Positions 58,178-64,000 of a stretch of DNA of 64,000 bases are shown piece after piece. Made by a program: the position numbers and the translations under genes. The DNA is from Eledone cirrhosa (taxonomy: Eukaryota). The number at the start of each line of letters is the position of its first letter. Position 1 is the stretch's first letter. The notes below the pieces were generated by a model that made no database searches, was not told the origin of the DNA, and saw only the letters and a list, made by a program, of their open reading frames with translations. Location: NCBI GenBank assembly GCA_964016885.1, contig OZ024761.1:24118001-24182000 (forward strand). Direction: 5' to 3'.

Positions 58178-58718
58178 CCAACCGCGATAAATGAAAATCC
58201 GCGATATAAAGAGACTATAAAGGCAGCCATTGTTTTAATAGTTTAAGCCTTAAAATACCTCTCCTACATGCTTTAAGTACATATAAACATATTAAAACAC
58301 ACATGTGTATTTAAACACCCAAAACAGCCAGTAACGATCATATAGAAACTACGACCAACGATCGTACCACTAGTTACCAATGACGTCCATGACCAGTCGC
58401 GTTAGCCGCTTGGTAATACACTGCACATCTCCCGTCAATATATGAAGGGTTTGTAGTAGTTTAGAGAAAAACACAATCAGTAAAATATTAATGGAATGAA
58501 AAATAAAAATATGCCCCTTCCTTACAATTTACACTTCAATCACTTTAACACTTATTTAGTAAGTTTAAAATTTAAACACTTTTTATTCAGTCCTACCACG
58601 ATAAGAAAATAATTATATTCTAACGAGAAATCCGCGATGTAGCTAGGATTACCGCGAGAGGAAATTAGATACGTTCCAAAGAAAAATCCGCGATGTAGCA
58701 GGACCGCAAAAAGTGAAA
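58178..58718. mobile_element. Tigger/pogo-like non-autonomous DNA transposon remnant
   Basis: Repeated subterminal motif AAATCCGCGAT / ACCGCGA (58182, 58196, 58628, 58685), as in pogo-type elements; termini lost. Confidence 0.5.
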
Positions 58719-58765
58719 TATATATATATATGTGAGAAAAACCACAGACCCTCCATCTCAACTCA

Positions 58766-58803
58766 CCTTTTGAAAAGCAGAAGAACTGCGAAACCGGTAA
58801 AGG
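58766..58803 (+). ncRNA. Minimal type I hammerhead with compensatory U3-A8 core (family D)
   Basis: CCTT-TTGAAAA-GCAG AAGAA CTGC-GAAA-CCGG-TA-AAGG; all three helices intact, palindromic ACCGGT, GUA site. Confidence 0.7.
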
Positions 58804-58933
58804 AACCAAATAAATATATATATTTTTAAAAAAAATAAGACTTCAGTTGCATTTTCGATTTCATCTCTTTTTTTTATACTTTCACTCGTGTAGGACACCT
58901 CGGTTATTTTTCATTTTGTAAAAAAAACCTCAC

Positions 58934-58994
<61 letters not shown>

Positions 58995-59183
58995 CATATA
59001 TATATGGACATATATACATATATACATATATATATATGACCTCCCTTCCCGTTTGGGGACAGCGTGAAGTTTCTTTTTGAAGGACTACTGGGCTATCAAA
59101 CTTAGCGGTTCTTCTAGCACTGACGGAGACCATCACTGATTATTAATATCGATGTAGTTTTTTATATTGATATTGCATGGGCA

Positions 59184-59306
59184 TCCACTGATGAGTTATA
59201 AGGGCCCACTTGTGTGTATATCTATGGATTATATACAAGTTTCTACATAACTTGGATATTATTTATCCCACCTTGTAGAAATCTTATAACGAAACGATCG
59301 TATGGA
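59184..59306 (+). ncRNA. Type I hammerhead with a 96-nt branched helix II
   Basis: TCCA-CTGATGA-GTTATAAG..CTTATAAC-GAAA-CGATCG-TA-TGGA. Internal hairpins CTTGTGTGT/ATATACAAG and TTTCTACA/TGTAGAAA. A 5'-truncated sister copy lies at about 2562-2610. Confidence 0.8.
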
Positions 59307-59469
59307 AAGAAAGAGAGATTTATTTAATTATATCTCATAATACAACCAATTATCCACGGAATACTGTATAGTTAGCACCCCAAACACATAACTGGGGTTA
59401 TACTCAGGTATTTGTTGAGTGAGATGGAGTTGGTCAGAGTATCGCTTAAAGCTTTCTCTGTTAATGTAT

Positions 59470-59573
<104 letters not shown>

Positions 59574-59612
59574 TGGACATATATACATACATATATATAT
59601 TTTTACATATAT

Positions 59613-59659
<47 letters not shown>

Positions 59660-59702
59660 TGGACATATATATATATATATATATACATATATATACATAT
59701 AT

Positions 59703-59733
<31 letters not shown>

Positions 59734-60057
59734 CACACACATATATATATATATAATAATAATAATAAGGGTTGACGGACCCAGCATATTTATCAATGCC
59801 AGTACCGGTCGTATCTCAGCGCACTCAATGGGCAATGTAAGATACATTACCAGAGTATACAGATAGTTATTTGCCTCAACACAACACACGTAAAACGGGT
59901 GCCTATAAGGTTCCCGGACTCGAATATATATATATATATAAATATGTCTTGAATTTTCTTTATGGACTGAGAAAGTCTCCCGATGATCTGTGATTTCTCG
60001 CGATCCTCTCCTCGAGAGTATTGTTATTTTCTCAATGAAACTGTAGTAGGAACATTG

Positions 60058-60088
<31 letters not shown>

Positions 60089-60099
60089 GATTTCTTTCT

Positions 60100-60210
60100 T
60101 ATCTTGTTTGCTTTACCCATATATGATTTATTATATAATAAATCATACACAAAACTCCAGCACCAACAGTTTTGCAAGAGATGTCAACATGAATGGACCT
60201 GTTATTTTTA
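60100..60210 (-). pseudogene. Possible highly decayed Penelope GIY-YIG fragment
   Basis: Frameshifted [21 protein letters not shown] resembles the PLE pattern ITGP..F.C....VY....YIG. Part of it is a 26-bp palindrome, which weakens the match. Confidence 0.35.
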
Positions 60211-60275
60211 TCTAAAGACATTTTTTTCCAATTCCAACCCGCCCGTCCCCTCAATCTATCTTATTTCTCATTCAT

Positions 60276-60395
60276 TCTTCTGATGAAGTACTAGCGCCCG
60301 AAAAGTTAAGACCCTCTTCCTGCTATATCAAGCGTTAACCTAATATATCCCATATACTGTACCGATTGTGTTGTTATTTCTGTTTACCTTTTACA
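60276..60395 (+). mobile_element. Penelope-like terminal fragment with decayed hammerhead
   Basis: CTGATGA..CGAAAAGTTAAGA followed by TTCCTGCTAT..CAAGCGTT..TGTTTACCTTTTACAC, which is also present at about 36633-36738. Confidence 0.45.
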
Positions 60396-60542
60396 CACAC
60401 ATATATATAAATATATATAAATATATATATATTTATATTTATATATATACATATATATATCTATATCTATATATATACACATACATATTTATATATATAT
60501 ACATATATATTTATATATATGAATCATTACATATACACACAC

Positions 60543-60686
<144 letters not shown>

Positions 60687-61360
60687 TTATTTAGGTTTGA
60701 AGGTTCACCACTGGATAGAGCTGGTCATTCTGTATGGTCAATCTTGATGTAATAATATGGAGAGTACTCAACGTAAAGCAGCTCAACCGTCTTCGTTTGT
60801 GTAGTTGGTGGTGCGAGTACGGAGTTAAATATTATAATAAAATAACAAGAGGCTGGACTTGTGCAAATCATTGAAAGGATATATATATATATAAATATAT
60901 ACACACACACATATATATATATATATATAAGAATGTATGTATAGTATATTTGGCAATATATCGTATGTTTTAATTAAAAACATTTAGAAGACCATACGCT
61001 ATCGGTTTTAAAGTAGTGACTATGTCACTTACATCTTTTCGGCGAAAGAAGGGAGAGAAGCTAGCAGTCTGTTTCACGCTTTTTGGCAAACATCAGAGCC
61101 ACGCACCCCCTGATTCCACCGAAAACTATAGAAGCTGGATTCTTATAGAATTCCAGTAATAATCAGGAGCTGATTACACAGAGCGATTGCCGGTCCAGCA
61201 AAAGTTAGGTATTAGGATTGGTGCTCTGAAATACCGATGTATACATGAATGTATGTATAGTATATTTGGCAATATACCGTGACATAGTCACTACTTTAAA
61301 CCGATAGCGTAAGGTCTTCTAAATGTTTTAAATTAAACATACGGTATATACTCAAATAAA

Positions 61361-61600
61361 TGACAATTGGTTCCCGTCCTTACCCCCACCCGAATAAGTG
61401 ACACGTGGTCTCCCGTCCTTACACCCAGCCGAATAAGTGACACGTGGTCTCCCGTCCTTACACCCAGCCGAAAAAGTGATACGTGGTCTCCCATTTTTAC
61501 ACCCACCCGAATAAGTGACACGTGGTCTCCCATTTTTACACCCACCCGAATAAGTGACACGTGGTCTCCCATTTTTACACCCATCCGAATGTATGACACG
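61361..61600. repeat. 39-bp tandem repeat (about 6 copies) containing an E-box CACGTG
   Basis: Unit TGACACGTGGTCTCCC(G/A)T..TTACACCCA(G/C)CCGAATAAG. Confidence 0.9.
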
Positions 61601-61788
61601 TTTGTTATCTTCGTTATCTCATATCCCAACACTCCACTGAGGGTCACGTGTGATCTTTACGCCCGACACCCAGATAAAGGTCACATGTGCACGAAATAAG
61701 CCCCCACCCCCTCCCGCCTCCCACCATACGTCACTATTCTTAATTAAATATAGAATTAATCTGTTATCTGCGATTAACGTTTTTTTTT

Positions 61789-61972
61789 GGATTGGCAGTA
61801 TTGGTAGAGGGTCGGACGCCATGCTTTGAAGCATAGAGTTACGGCCCTTGCCATTCTGAGTTCAAATCCCGCCAAGGTTAACTTTGCCTTTCATCCTTAC
61901 GGGGTCGATAACATAAAGTACCAGTAATGTACTGGGTAATTGCTGGCCTTGTGCCAAAAGTAGAAACAATTA
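61789..61972 (+). mobile_element. tRNA-derived SINE (family S2)
   Basis: Homologous to 19992-20180. Confidence 0.85.
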
Positions 61973-62748
61973 TACGTTGCTGATGGTCTTGCTGCTGGTG
62001 TCGGTGGTGGTTTCGGTTGTAGTTGCGGTGGTAGTTGTGGTAGTGGTGATCGGGTGTTCGGGGTGGTGGTAGTTGTAGTAGGGTTGGTTACAGTGGTGGT
62101 AGTAGTTTACGGTAGGGGTTATGGTGGTAATGGTAGTGGTAGTTGTGGTAAGTGTTAGTAGTGATGGTTGTAGTAGTGTAGGTAGTAGTGTTGATAGTAG
62201 TGGTGGTAGGGGTAGTAGTGGTGGTTTTGGTGGTAGTAGTGGTGGTATGGTGTTCGGGACGGCGAACAGACGAAAGGCAAAGCCAGCCTCGGCAGGATTT
62301 AATCTCAGATCGTAAAGGGACGTAACCCTGTGCCATGAAGCATATTAGTCCGACGCTCTACCGAATATATTATACACAACAGCACACACCCAATCAGTCC
62401 ATTAGACATTGGAAAACAAAAAAAAATGTTTCTGGTTATAAAAATACTTTATTTAAAGTAATTAAGTAAATTAGTAGATTAATGTGTCGGGGTCGGAGGT
62501 GGGGATGTTTGCGTTTCGATTTTGTTGGGTTTTTTTTTTTTTTTTTCAGAGGAAAAAAAATCAAGGTTGAAAGAGTGAAAATGTATTAATGGTTGTAGTT
62601 TCTTTTTATATATATTTTGTCTATTTTTTTTTATGAATCTCTATTTAAACCCTCTTCTGAATGACTCCGCTAAACTTAATCATGGCAAATTGTCAACAGA
62701 AATTTGAAAAGGAACTTTCGTACAAAATATTGTGAAATCACTTCTGTA

Positions 62749-62804
<56 letters not shown>

Positions 62805-62809
<5 letters not shown>

Positions 62810-62956
62810 TAAATCATGTCCTTAGAATTATTAGATAAAATATATACCATTTCCTCTCCCAATTAGCATAATTAACCATATAAAAAAATCAATTAGACCA
62901 AGCTATAAGAAGAAAGGCTCTTATGAAGAAATCTCCGACAAATAACCGAAAGTTAT

Positions 62957-63016
<60 letters not shown>

Positions 63017-63156
63017 TAAAACATGTCTATAGTATCACCAGATAAAATATATACCATTTTCTCTCCCAATTAGCATAATTAACCATATAAAAAATCGAAT
63101 AGACCAGGCTATAAGAATAAGGCTTCTATGAAGAAATCTCCAACAAATAACCGAAA
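62805..63156. repeat. Local tandem duplication of about 145 bp separated by (TA)n
   Basis: 62805-62952 is similar to 63012-63156. Confidence 0.85.
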
Positions 63157-63228
63157 CCAGCCCTTCGCGCCGGCTGCGACGGAATATTTATCGAATATTT
63201 CGACAGCGTAATCGCCCAGATATACAGT

Positions 63229-63267
<39 letters not shown>

Positions 63268-63395
63268 CAAAAGAGATATTCAATTTGTTGGTAATTCAAC
63301 AAAAATAAATGTTTATAACTGATTTATCCAGGAAAAACTTAAACCGTTATGTTCTTCTTTCTTGGTTATGTCAATATTTATGAAACAAACTTTAT

Positions 63396-63456
63396 ATTTT
63401 ATCTGATGAGGGCTTACCCAACTGTTGGTTCCCTTGAAATATATATATAATAGAAT
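63396..63456 (+). ncRNA. Type I hammerhead ribozyme (family C)
   Basis: ATTTTAT-CTGATGA-GGG..CCAAC T GTTGG..CTT-GAAA-TATATATAT-A-ATAGAAT. Confidence 0.7.
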
Positions 63457-63496
63457 AAATATGGTTTTATGAATATAGTTTCTATTTATTTAATAT

Positions 63497-63549
<53 letters not shown>

Positions 63550-63745
63550 TGTATGTATATATGTATATATGTATGTATATATACATATATGAATGTATGT
63601 ATGTATATATATATATATGAATGAAGTAATTCCGTCGGAAAGGTCCAGGAAAAAAGAGTGCTCTATGTAGGTTTGTGTATTTGTGTGTATGTGTATGTAT
63701 GGATATGTTGATATATATGTGTGTATGTATGTGTATATGTATGTG

Positions 63746-63801
<56 letters not shown>

Positions 63802-64000
63802 TATATGTGTGTGTGTATGTGTGTGTGTATATGTGTGTGTGTGTATACATGTGTGTGTATGTAATTGTGTGTGTGTGTGGATGTGTGTTTATTTTTCCTT
63901 TCCTTCTTCCTTTTCCAGCCTCACTTTCATATAGATTATATTTTGGTTTTAAAATCCAATGTCAATAAATACACCAGGATTTTTTCATTCTGATGATTGA

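Noticed and set aside
62410-62460. Minus-strand polyadenylation signal (AATAAA plus U-rich tract)
   Set aside because: Such motifs are too common in AT-rich DNA to call without transcript data.

Overview
AT-rich, repeat-saturated eukaryotic (animal) DNA in which I can identify no intact host protein-coding gene. Most of the window is (TA)n, (CA)n, (CT)n and (GGT/GTT)n microsatellite, and nearly all ORFs in the supplied track are translation artefacts of these repeats. The non-simple sequence is a patchwork of tRNA-derived SINEs, decayed RTE and other LINE pieces, a three-copy RTE-derived non-autonomous element, a non-autonomous Helitron, Tc1/mariner and pogo-type MITE remnants and several minisatellites. 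It also holds short unique islands rich in transcription-factor motifs. The SINE types and microsatellite load recall an octopus (coleoid cephalopod) genome, but this is inference from remembered repeat sequences. The most striking signal is a dense set of type I hammerhead-ribozyme (HHR) motifs, found by eye: about 14 with an intact CUGANGA/GAAA/UH core, 4 with a compensatory U3-A8 core and many decayed or half copies. They lie in short elements embedded in TA tracts, often as head-to-head inverted pairs, and decayed Penelope-type GIY-YIG endonuclease fragments occur in the window. Helix/loop III is nearly always palindromic, as expected for dimeric cleavage, and two copies have unusually long helix II inserts, one of them branched. 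All folds were worked out by hand, and coordinates may be off by a few bases.
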